32,000 nt of DNA from Erysipelotrichaceae bacterium MTC7 (GTDB taxonomy: Bacteria; Bacillota_I; Bacilli_A; Erysipelotrichales; Erysipelotrichaceae). Numbering within the stretch: position 1 is the first letter of the stretch; each line of letters begins with the position of its first letter. The stretch covers positions 9,749 through 41,748 of the forward strand of contig LVZN01000015.1 in the NCBI GenBank assembly GCA_001695645.1. Direction: 5' to 3'. The notes beneath the pieces were generated by a model that was not told where the DNA came from, made no database searches, and saw only the letters and a program-made list of their open reading frames with translations. A program made the translations under genes and the position numbers. Shown here piece after piece: positions 15,304-22,898 of the stretch.

Positions 15304-16230
15304 CTAGTCAGCAAACAATGCAGTTGATAAGTAACGTTCCGCGTTATCTGCTTGAATCACAACGATTGTCTTTCCTTTGAATGCATCTTCTTGTGATAGC
15401 TGTAAGGCTGCACTCATTGCAGCACCTGAACTAATTCCTACAGGAATTCCTTCTTTTTGCATCATCAAGCGTGCCGTTTGTAAAGCATCATCGTCTGTAA
15501 CTTGAACAATTCGATCCACGACATTAGATGCATAAACATCAGGAATGAAACCTGCACTAATTCCTTGGATTTTATGTGGACCTGGTTTACCACCTGACAA
15601 TACAGGTGAAGCTGCTGCCTCAACGGCAATCATCTTTAACGTAGGATTTTTTTCTTTTAATTTCTTACCGATTCCAGAAATGGTACCACCAGTACCAACT
15701 GCTGATACAACCACATCAACTGTACCATCAGTATCACGCCAGATTTCTTCAGCCGTGTGTTGATAGTGTGCATCTGGATTTGCGTTGTTTTCAAATTGTT
15801 GCAACAAGAAATAGTTGTCATGTTCAGCAACTAGTTTATCTGCAGTCTCAATTGATTCACGCATACCACCTGCAGCGCTTGTCAAAATCAACTCTGCTCC
15901 GTATCCTTGAATCATTTTACGACGTTCCATACTCATTGTTTCTGGCATAACGATGATGATTTTCATCCCTAAGGATGCTGCCACCATCGATAAACCAATT
16001 CCCGTGTTTCCACTTGTTGGTTCAACTAGTACAGAGTCTTTTGTGATAGTTCCACTTTCTAGTGCATCTTTAATCATATTGTAAGCAATGCGGTCCTTTA
16101 CACTTCCTCCTGGATTTAAATACTCAAGTTTTGCGTAAATATCTGCCTGTCCTTTTTCATTTAAGCGATTCACTTTTACGAGTGGTGTATTTCCGATTAA
16201 TTCTACGATGTGTTCATGTAATTGTTTCAT
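15304..16230 (-). CDS. cysK: Cysteine synthase A (O-acetylserine sulfhydrylase, PLP-dependent)
   Basis: IGNTPLV, NPGGSVKDR (PLP lysine), TSGNTG and GTGGTISG motifs. Start set at the ATG at 16230, 7 nt after GGAG. Confidence 0.9.
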   Translation of the reverse strand: MKQLHEHIVELIGNTPLVKVNRLNEKGQADIYAKLEYLNPGGSVKDRIAYNMIKDALESGTITKDSVLVEPTSGNTGIGLSMVAASLGMKIIIVMPETMSMERRKMIQGYGAELILTSAAGGMRESIETADKLVAEHDNYFLLQQFENNANPDAHYQHTAEEIWRDTDGTVDVVVSAVGTGGTISGIGKKLKEKNPTLKMIAVEAAASPVLSGGKPGPHKIQGISAGFIPDVYASNVVDRIVQVTDDDALQTARLMMQKEGIPVGISSGAAMSAALQLSQEDAFKGKTIVVIQADNAERYLSTALFAD

Positions 16231-16292
16231 TTTCATTCTCCTTGCCATTACCGGCTCTTCCTTCACAATTGTATATATAGTTGTTTATTATT

Positions 16293-16319
16293 TTACTGTC
16301 TTTGCTTTCTACAACACAT
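16293..16319 (-). CDS. Candidate 8-codon leader peptide MCCRKQRQ upstream of cysK
   Basis: GGGAGG (16327-16332), 7 nt, ATG TGT TGT AGA AAG CAA AGA CAG TAA. It lies inside the predicted cysK 5' UTR. Confidence 0.3.
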   Translation of the reverse strand: MCCRKQRQ

Positions 16320-16377
16320 AGGATATCCTCCCTTGTATAATATCGTTCACATACATGTGATATATGTATTATATGAT

Positions 16378-16405
16378 ATTATAGCTTATTTCCGCCAAAA
16401 TGCAA
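16378..16405 (-). promoter_or_regulatory. Candidate cysK promoter
   Basis: TTGCAT (16400-16405), 16 nt, TATAAT (16378-16383). A second TATAAT lies at 16368-16373. The palindrome TCACAT-nn-ATGTGA at 16347-16360 lies just downstream. Confidence 0.4.
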
Positions 16406-16642
16406 CAGCTTTGCTTTCGTAAACATCTTTGAAGTATTTGAAAATAACCAAAATTCGTTCAGACCCCAATAGAGAACTCTAATTTTGTCCTTAGTGCTAT
16501 TACAGAAGATAAACAAAGAATTCGAAAAGGCATTCTGCTTAAATTCGCTGCTTACTAAGTTTGCATAACCATCAAAGCCTTTCCTTAAATCAGTTGCACC
16601 TTTTGCAATATAAACATGTTCAACTTTATTTATATCAATCAT
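16379..16642 (-). pseudogene. IS66 orf2 (TnpB accessory protein), C-terminally truncated or divergent
   Basis: VYIAKGATDLRKGFDGYANLV...SLFIFCNSTKDKIRVLYWGLNEFWL matches the IS66 Orf2 core. The conserved YKRLEKGxFxWP tail and the orf3 transposase are missing. Confidence 0.7.
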
Positions 16643-16893
16643 TGTAAGGCCTCTATCAAAGTTCTCAATTGGTCAGTATCTACTTCGATAGGCACGCCAC
16701 GTATTTTCAAGGCAACAGCAGTTGGTTGATCAACAACCACTTGCATTTCTTCAAACGTTTCCTTTTCATCCTTACTAAGCAGTCGACGATATTTGTAGTA
16801 CTGGCTTGGTTGAATCTTGTGTAATGCAAAATACTCACTATTCCTTAAACCACTTGATTCACATTCGCTGATGATTTCTTGCCATTATATCAT
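16639..16893 (-). pseudogene. IS66 orf1 with a premature stop at codon 3
   Basis: ATG ATA TAA is followed in frame by WQEIISECESSGLRNSEYFALHKIQPSQYYKYRRLL... (IS66 Orf1 HTH-like region). It ends in a TGA that overlaps the orf2 ATG. Confidence 0.65.
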
Positions 16894-17224
16894 TGTCGAT
16901 TCTTTCAAAATAAGGTACCTCCTGTTTATAGAGATACCTTAACATTTAAAATATACGATGAACATCCGCCGTTTATTTTACGCTTACTGACAAAAAAGTT
17001 TATTTTTTTCAAGAATTAATAAAAAAGAAGCTATAACAGAAACGTATACAAACTAATCTGCATTTCACTTCTTTCTCTTGTGTTTTAGGATTTTTTGTGG
17101 TCCTACTAATTCTTCCAATAACTTTTCATTTTGTTCCTTAGTTAGAATTTTATCAGATATTTTTCCTAAATTTTTAGATGATGTTTTAACAACCTAAATA
17201 CTTGCGATTTTCACATGAATCTCA

Positions 17225-17503
17225 TTATGCAACATCAAGTAAATCAAGAATTTCTTCTAACGTGACTTTTCTTCTTGGAAGATGTCCTATATTTTGTCCA
17301 TTGTTATACACAACAATAGCAGGAGACTTCTTGTTTTCATCGAAATGGTCATATGCAATATCAAATTCTCTTTGAATATACACTTTGTATATTTTGATAT
17401 CTGAACGTAACTTAGTTATATCACTTATCAATCTTTCTCTTTCATCTGATTCTGCATCCTCATGATAAAAATGTAACAATACCTTTTCTTTACTAGCAAT
17501 CAC
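17225..17503 (-). CDS. Small thioredoxin-fold protein lacking the CxxC redox motif; function unknown
   Basis: Collinear by eye with thioredoxin: VLLHFYHEDAES versus ILVDFWAEWCGPC, and SPAIVVYNNGQ versus IPTLLLFKNGE with the cis-Pro retained. The protein has no cysteine. GTG start with a weak SD. Confidence 0.55.
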   Translation of the reverse strand: MIASKEKVLLHFYHEDAESDERERLISDITKLRSDIKIYKVYIQREFDIAYDHFDENKKSPAIVVYNNGQNIGHLPRRKVTLEEILDLLDVA

Positions 17504-17521
17504 TTTCTCATTAAAATTCTT

Positions 17522-18310
17522 TTAAAAAATAACATTTGGTTCTTTACTATACATAGCTTCTTTTATGGAATCTGTGTATTCTAATATAAGTTTTTCAGCC
17601 TCCTCCTCTGCTTCTTCTTCATCAATATTCAATATAATTTCAAAGGCATTTGTAAGTTGCTCAATTTGTAATCCATTATCATCATATATAAATCCTTTAC
17701 GAGTAAATTGTGCTGCTGGTACAGAGCTATTCCACCATGTAAGAATTTCATTTAAGAAAATATTCCTATTTTCTTGATCTTTCATTATCTCTTTAAAAGA
17801 AAATTCTTCATCATCCCATTCAATCCATCCATCACCTTGTAGTATATAGCTAACTAGCATTTTACATGTTTCTTTACTAAAGCCCCATTTCTTCAAAATT
17901 GCTACTAATGCTTCATATATTTCTATGCCTGCAGAATCCATCTTACAATGATTCATATATTTTGTGAATACTGGTACATACTGTTCACAATCAAGTGCTA
18001 ATCTACTCGCGATAATACTACCAGCCATTATTTCACTATCAACCCAAAAAATATTCTGATGTCCATACTCCTCCATTTTAAAAACATCTGTAATCGCATC
18101 CACTACTTCCAGTAAATACGGTTTAAGTTCTGGTAACTTTTGTGTTAAATTATACAATTCTTGTTCATCCTCTACATCAACCATAGTCTGCTCTAACACA
18201 ATTGCATAAAAATTAGCTCGTGTTTTTTCATCTGTTATATCCGGAAATTTCTTAATTTCTTTGACTAATTGTTCTATTTGTAATTTCCTTGTTTCTACCT
18301 CTTTTTGCAT
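17522..18310 (-). CDS. Hypothetical acidic, probably all-alpha cytoplasmic protein (262 aa)
   Basis: Long ORF preceded by GAGAGGGGAAATAGGGT-ATG. I recognise no domain. It has an acidic C-terminal tract, EEEAEEEAE. Confidence 0.6.
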   Translation of the reverse strand: MQKEVETRKLQIEQLVKEIKKFPDITDEKTRANFYAIVLEQTMVDVEDEQELYNLTQKLPELKPYLLEVVDAITDVFKMEEYGHQNIFWVDSEIMAGSIIASRLALDCEQYVPVFTKYMNHCKMDSAGIEIYEALVAILKKWGFSKETCKMLVSYILQGDGWIEWDDEEFSFKEIMKDQENRNIFLNEILTWWNSSVPAAQFTRKGFIYDDNGLQIEQLTNAFEIILNIDEEEAEEEAEKLILEYTDSIKEAMYSKEPNVIF

Positions 18311-18497
18311 ACCCTATTTCCCCTCTCTTATATCACCAACAATGTTTAATACTTCATACACAAATTATAAAGCATTGTTAAAACTAGTGAATACTACTAA
18401 CTCTATACAATTATGGTCACAATAATTATATAAATGTCAAACAAAAAAAGTGATTCCAATCTTTTGCACAATTGGTAATAAATTTAGACATCGTTAC

Positions 18498-18541
18498 AAA
18501 AAGCAAAAGGCTAGTTATTGAATAACCAGCCTTTTGCTTTC
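18498..18541 (-). terminator. Intrinsic terminator of the amt-PII gene
   Basis: Minus strand GCAAAAGGCTGGTTATT-c-AATAACTAGCCTTTTGC forms a long stem, followed by TTTTTG. Confidence 0.7.
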
Positions 18542-18602
18542 GACACTCGTTCATCAGTCATATTTTTCAATTGTTTGGGGAACTCATCGAATGTTATATA
18601 TA

Positions 18603-20267
18603 TTAATCTTCATATTGAAGAGCATCGACACCTTGTTCACCGGTTCTAATTTTGATTGCATCCAATACTTCGTATACGAAAATTTTTCCATCCCCGATGT
18701 TTCCTGTGTAAAGTACACGTTTTGCTGTATCTACAACAACATCAACTGGCACTTTGGCAACGACAACTTCACACTTAATTTTAGGCAACAATTGCGTATC
18801 CACTTTAGCACCACGATAATATTCGGTTTGCCCTTTTTGGGTTCCACAACCCAAGACATCGGTTACCGTCAATCCCATAACGCCAATCGCACTCATTGCA
18901 TCTTTTAAACGCTCGAAGCGTTCTGGCTGACAAATAACAACAACTTTATATAGTCCACCGCTCACTTCACTCATGCTTGTTGTGTTAATTGGTGTAGGTG
19001 TGTATGATTTATCATCTTCTTCATTCTCACTTTCGCCATCAAAAGTAAATCCTGCATAAGAAGAAACAAGTCCGTGTTCTTCCAAGTCAAGACCAACGAT
19101 TTCTTCATGACGTGAAACTCGCAAACCAATCGTTTTCTTAATCACTAAGAAGACAATTGTCATCGTACATACAACCCATGCAATAACACTTATTACACCA
19201 ATACATTGTGTCATGAAGTAGTCTAGTCCACCGCCGTAGAATAGTCCACCTTCAACTGCAAATAATCCAACCATGATGGTTCCAAAAGCCCCACATCCGC
19301 CGTGTACTGCAATTGCACCAACTGGATCATCAATTTTTGCTTTATAATCCATAAACCAAACAACGAAAATCATCACGAATCCAGCAAGACTACCAATGAT
19401 AGCTGCTCCAAATGGATCCACGACATCACATCCAGCAGTAATGGCAACAAGCCCTGCTAGCGAACCATTCAAGGTCATCGATACATCCGGTTTTTTGTAT
19501 TTTACCCAAGTAAAGACCATGACGACAATAGTTGCACAAGCAGCTGCTAAGTTTGTATTCACGAAGATATTTCCAGCACTAAGCATCGCTTCAGGACTAC
19601 TTAATGATAAGGTTGAAGTTCCGTTAAATCCAAACCAACAGAACCAAAGAATGAAAACCCCTAATGCACCTAACGTTAATGAGTGACCTGGAATGGCTTT
19701 AACACTTCCATCTTTACCATATTTTCCAATACGTGGTCCAAGAATTTTTGCTCCTACCAAGGCAGCAACACCACCAACCATATGTACAGCAGTTGATCCA
19801 GCGAAATCATGGAAGCCCATTTCAGCTAACCATCCGCCTCCCCAAATCCAGTGACCTGAAATTGGGTATACAACCATACTAATCATAATTGAATACAAAC
19901 AGTAACTTGAGAATTTTGTTCTTTCTGCCATCGCTCCAGAAACAATCGTTGCAGCTGTTGCACAGAAGACTGTTTGGAATATGACAAAGACATACGTTGG
20001 TACATTGCTGTCATAATTTCCTTGAATAAAAAAATCTAGTTTTCCAATAAATCCACCGATATCTTCTCCTTGCATTAAACCAAATCCAATAAACCAAAAA
20101 ACAATTGTTCCTAACGCGAAGTCCATCAAGTTTTTCATAATGATGTTTCCCGCATTCTTAGCTCTTGTAAAACCTGTTTCTACCATAGCGAATCCAGCTT
20201 GCATAAAAAATACAAGTGTCGCTCCCAATAGCACCCATAAGGTATCAAGACCAGAAAATGAACCCAT
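18603..20267 (-). CDS. Ammonium transporter (Amt/AmtB) fused in frame to a C-terminal P-II (GlnK-like) signal-transduction domain
   Basis: The Amt region contains FFMQAGFAMVETG, AVHMVGGVAALVGA and AIAVHGGCGAFGT. After an acidic S/T-rich linker comes a full P-II domain: GLTVTDVLGCGTQKGQTEYYRGAKVDTQLLPK (T-loop) and TGNIGDGKIFV. Start set at the ATG at 20267, 8 nt after GGAGG. Confidence 0.9.
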   Translation of the reverse strand: MGSFSGLDTLWVLLGATLVFFMQAGFAMVETGFTRAKNAGNIIMKNLMDFALGTIVFWFIGFGLMQGEDIGGFIGKLDFFIQGNYDSNVPTYVFVIFQTVFCATAATIVSGAMAERTKFSSYCLYSIMISMVVYPISGHWIWGGGWLAEMGFHDFAGSTAVHMVGGVAALVGAKILGPRIGKYGKDGSVKAIPGHSLTLGALGVFILWFCWFGFNGTSTLSLSSPEAMLSAGNIFVNTNLAAACATIVVMVFTWVKYKKPDVSMTLNGSLAGLVAITAGCDVVDPFGAAIIGSLAGFVMIFVVWFMDYKAKIDDPVGAIAVHGGCGAFGTIMVGLFAVEGGLFYGGGLDYFMTQCIGVISVIAWVVCTMTIVFLVIKKTIGLRVSRHEEIVGLDLEEHGLVSSYAGFTFDGESENEEDDKSYTPTPINTTSMSEVSGGLYKVVVICQPERFERLKDAMSAIGVMGLTVTDVLGCGTQKGQTEYYRGAKVDTQLLPKIKCEVVVAKVPVDVVVDTAKRVLYTGNIGDGKIFVYEVLDAIKIRTGEQGVDALQYED

Positions 20268-20291
20268 ACACATTACCTCCCTCTACTAAAC

Positions 20292-20323
20292 AAAAAAAGC
20301 GCATACTGAAGACCAGTACACAC
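20292..20323 (-). terminator. Leader terminator T2, immediately upstream of the amt-PII SD
   Basis: Minus strand GTGTGTACTG-gtctt-CAGTATGCGC (10 bp, three G-U pairs), followed by TTTTTTT. Confidence 0.5.
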
Positions 20324-20346
20324 CTTTGTGTTGGTTCAAACACAAG

Positions 20347-20394
20347 CAAAAACACAAAAGAGGCTTCATAAGTAATAAACTTACAAAGCCTCTT
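20347..20394 (-). terminator. Leader terminator T1 (alternatively a distal terminator for the upstream MATE gene)
   Basis: Minus strand AAGAGGCTT-tGTAAGTttattACTTATg-AAGCCTCTT, followed by TTGTGTTTTTG. Confidence 0.55.
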
Positions 20395-20411
20395 TGCTTG
20401 TATTTGAGTAC

Positions 20412-20440
20412 ATTCTACGCTTAGCCACGATGTTTGTCAA
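20412..20440 (-). promoter_or_regulatory. Near-consensus sigma-A promoter upstream of the amt-PII leader
   Basis: TTGACA (20435-20440), 17 nt, TAGAAT (20412-20417). Confidence 0.55.
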
Positions 20441-20493
20441 CAAAAATTTTATCAGCACAACAAATTTTATACTTTTTGTGCTCAATTTGTGGG

Positions 20494-21849
20494 TTATATC
20501 CACTGATTGTTGTTACGTTTGTAGCGAGACATAATGTAAAGGTAGACGACAACCAGAAATGCTCCTGCCGAAATCCAAGCTGCAGGTGAGGCCAAACAAA
20601 TCACTACATAACTGCTCATACCAGCACCTATGAAGCTTACAAGTAACCGTGCAACTAGTTCTACAATACCTGCACACATGGGCAGAAAGGCAAATCCCAT
20701 ACCTTGAATCCCACTGCGATAGGTAAAAATACAATGCAAAGGAATAAACATCAAACCAACACACCATAAGTAGGTCTCAACATAAGGTAAGATTTCACCA
20801 ATCCGATCACTTACAAATAAATAGGTAATGTATTTTCCAAAGAATACAAGTAGGATTCCCACAACGATAGAGTAGCTGATTCCATAGATATTGGCAGCCC
20901 TAAAACCCTCTTTGATGCGATCCAGACGATTTGCCCCCATGTTTTGCGCACAAAAAGTCGCCATGGTTGTTCCAATGGAAACTAACATTTGTGTTGCAAC
21001 TTGTTCAATTTTCACCGCAGCAGCAAAGCCAGCTGCCGGAATACTACCAAGTGCATTGATCGCACTTTGTACTGTAATTGTTCCAATTGCGGTAATCGAA
21101 AACTGTAATGCCATAGGTAAGCCAATCTTCAACTCTTTAGCAATTAAGGTGCGGTCCAAAGCCCAATGTGATTTTTTTGTATGAAACTCGGGGACACGTT
21201 TAAAAATATAAAGTAAGCAAAGCAAACCTGAAATACCTTGCGAAATAATCGTCGCTAATGCTGCACCATCGGCGCGCATGTGAAAGACAATAATAAACAA
21301 TAAATCCAAACCGATATTCAAAATAGCAGCTAATACTAAAAAATATAAGGGACGTTTACTATCGCCAATGGCCCGCAGGACCCCAGCCAACAAATTGTAT
21401 AAAACTTGAAAAACGATTCCAATGCAAATAAAAAACATATAACCATAAGCATCCGGATACATATCTTTCGGCGTGTTCATCAAGTGTAAAATATCATGTA
21501 AAAACCACAAACTAGCAAACGTTGCCACAACGGATATCACAATCGATATCACGCAAGCCATCGCAAATGCTTTTTTGACACCTTCCGCATTGTTTGAACC
21601 ATAATAGTTTGCGACAACAACACCAAAGCCACTAGTTAATCCGGTCAAAAAACCAAGGATTAAAAAGACAATGTTCCCACAAGAGCCGACAGCAGCAAGT
21701 GCCTCATGACCAACAAACTGACCGACGATCAGCGTATCTGCTAAGTTATAAAATTGTTGAAATAAACCGCCAAGAAAAATTGGTATTGTGAAATAGAAAA
21801 TCACTTTCATCGGTTTCATTTCAAGCATATCGTTTCGTTTTTTATTCAT
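20494..21849 (-). CDS. MATE-family efflux transporter
   Basis: 451 aa and about 12 TM helices. The N-terminus PIFLGGLFQQFYNLADTLIVGQFVG is typical of MATE/NorM-like proteins. Confidence 0.85.
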   Translation of the reverse strand: MNKKRNDMLEMKPMKVIFYFTIPIFLGGLFQQFYNLADTLIVGQFVGHEALAAVGSCGNIVFLILGFLTGLTSGFGVVVANYYGSNNAEGVKKAFAMACVISIVISVVATFASLWFLHDILHLMNTPKDMYPDAYGYMFFICIGIVFQVLYNLLAGVLRAIGDSKRPLYFLVLAAILNIGLDLLFIIVFHMRADGAALATIISQGISGLLCLLYIFKRVPEFHTKKSHWALDRTLIAKELKIGLPMALQFSITAIGTITVQSAINALGSIPAAGFAAAVKIEQVATQMLVSIGTTMATFCAQNMGANRLDRIKEGFRAANIYGISYSIVVGILLVFFGKYITYLFVSDRIGEILPYVETYLWCVGLMFIPLHCIFTYRSGIQGMGFAFLPMCAGIVELVARLLVSFIGAGMSSYVVICLASPAAWISAGAFLVVVYLYIMSRYKRNNNQWI

Positions 21850-21873
21850 ATTATCACCTTAAAATCTTTCCCC

Positions 21874-21902
21874 ATTATACTTGTCTAACTCACGAGATAC
21901 AA
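21874..21902 (-). promoter_or_regulatory. Candidate promoter for the downstream MATE gene
   Basis: TTGTAT (21897-21902), 17 nt, TATAAT (21874-21879). Confidence 0.45.
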
Positions 21903-21968
21903 TAGAAGAAGTAAAAACATTTACGGAAAACATAGAATAAATTTACGAACCGCTAAAACTAGTGCCTT

Positions 21969-22844
21969 TTACTTGTTCGTTTGTGACAAATACAATCCAA
22001 CCAGTGTCAAACACGCACCAAATAATAAGCTTGGAGTCAGTGGTTCTGCTAGAATCCAAGCGGCAGATAGCAACGTGACCACAGGAACCAGATAAATGTA
22101 GACACTACTTCTTATGACGCCAAGCATGGACACAGCATGATTCCAAGCAACAAAACATAACGCAGAGGCACCCACACTAAGAAAAGCTAAATTTGAAAGC
22201 ACAAGCGGACTTTGAAAATCTTGCATTTGCACATCGAAGTCCATAAACCAAAGAAATGGGAACATAAATACCAACCCATACATGAAAATGTGTCGTGTCA
22301 TTTGAATGGGATGAAGTGAAAGCTGACCAAGTTTTCTAATACAAATGGAATATACAGCCCAAGCGAGTGCTGCAAGCATTGCTAGCAGATCACCAACGGG
22401 ATGTAGCGATACCTTCGCTCCTGGTAAACTGATGAAACCAATGCCAATCATCGCCGCGACAAACCCAATATAATAATTCAGGTTGGGGCGTTTCTCTTTA
22501 AGAAAGAAAACAGCCAAAATGCTTGTAAAAAACGGAGCTACTGTAATGATAATACCTACATTGGAAGCACTGGTATAAGTAAGGGCAATGTTTTCTAACA
22601 AATAATATAAGGTAATTCCACTAAAGCCTGCACCCATAAAAAGCCACTGGTCTTTGCGATCCACTTTGATTGGTTTTGGATACAGCAAATACAACAGGAC
22701 AAAGGCGATAACAAAACGAATAAACAAGATTTCAACAGGTGAAAAATAAGCAAGTAGCACCTTGGTCGATACGTAAGTCGTTCCCCAAATCACAATGCTT
22801 AATAAAGCCAGCCCATGTCCCAGTATTTCGTTTTGTTTATGCAT
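21969..22844 (-). CDS. DMT-superfamily (EamA-like) transporter
   Basis: About 10 TM helices in a two-EamA-repeat architecture. Start set at the ATG at 22844, 7 nt after GGAGG; the tracked start at 22847 is a GTG one codon upstream. Confidence 0.85.
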   Translation of the reverse strand: MHKQNEILGHGLALLSIVIWGTTYVSTKVLLAYFSPVEILFIRFVIAFVLLYLLYPKPIKVDRKDQWLFMGAGFSGITLYYLLENIALTYTSASNVGIIITVAPFFTSILAVFFLKEKRPNLNYYIGFVAAMIGIGFISLPGAKVSLHPVGDLLAMLAALAWAVYSICIRKLGQLSLHPIQMTRHIFMYGLVFMFPFLWFMDFDVQMQDFQSPLVLSNLAFLSVGASALCFVAWNHAVSMLGVIRSSVYIYLVPVVTLLSAAWILAEPLTPSLLFGACLTLVGLYLSQTNK

Positions 22845-22898
22845 CACACTTCCTCCGTTACATTCACTTCATCATACTACAAATGGATGAATATCACA

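Larger units (their letters stand above)
16379..16987 (-). mobile_element. Truncated IS66-family insertion sequence remnant: left inverted repeat, orf1 and part of orf2. No transposase gene and no right end
   Basis: The terminus GTAAGCGTAAAATAAACGG (reverse of 16969-16987) begins with the IS66-family GTAAGCG end. The orf1/orf2 pair shows the characteristic ATGA overlap. Confidence 0.75.

Noticed and set aside
20441-20493. Search for a TnrA/GlnR box (TGTNAN7TNACA) or CodY box upstream of the amt promoter. There is also an inverted repeat AGCACAA-N15-TTGTGCT at 20454-20482.
   Set aside because: No 17-mer fits the nitrogen-box pattern. The inverted repeat, followed by a T-rich tract on the minus strand, is more simply explained as a weak terminator for the upstream MATE gene.
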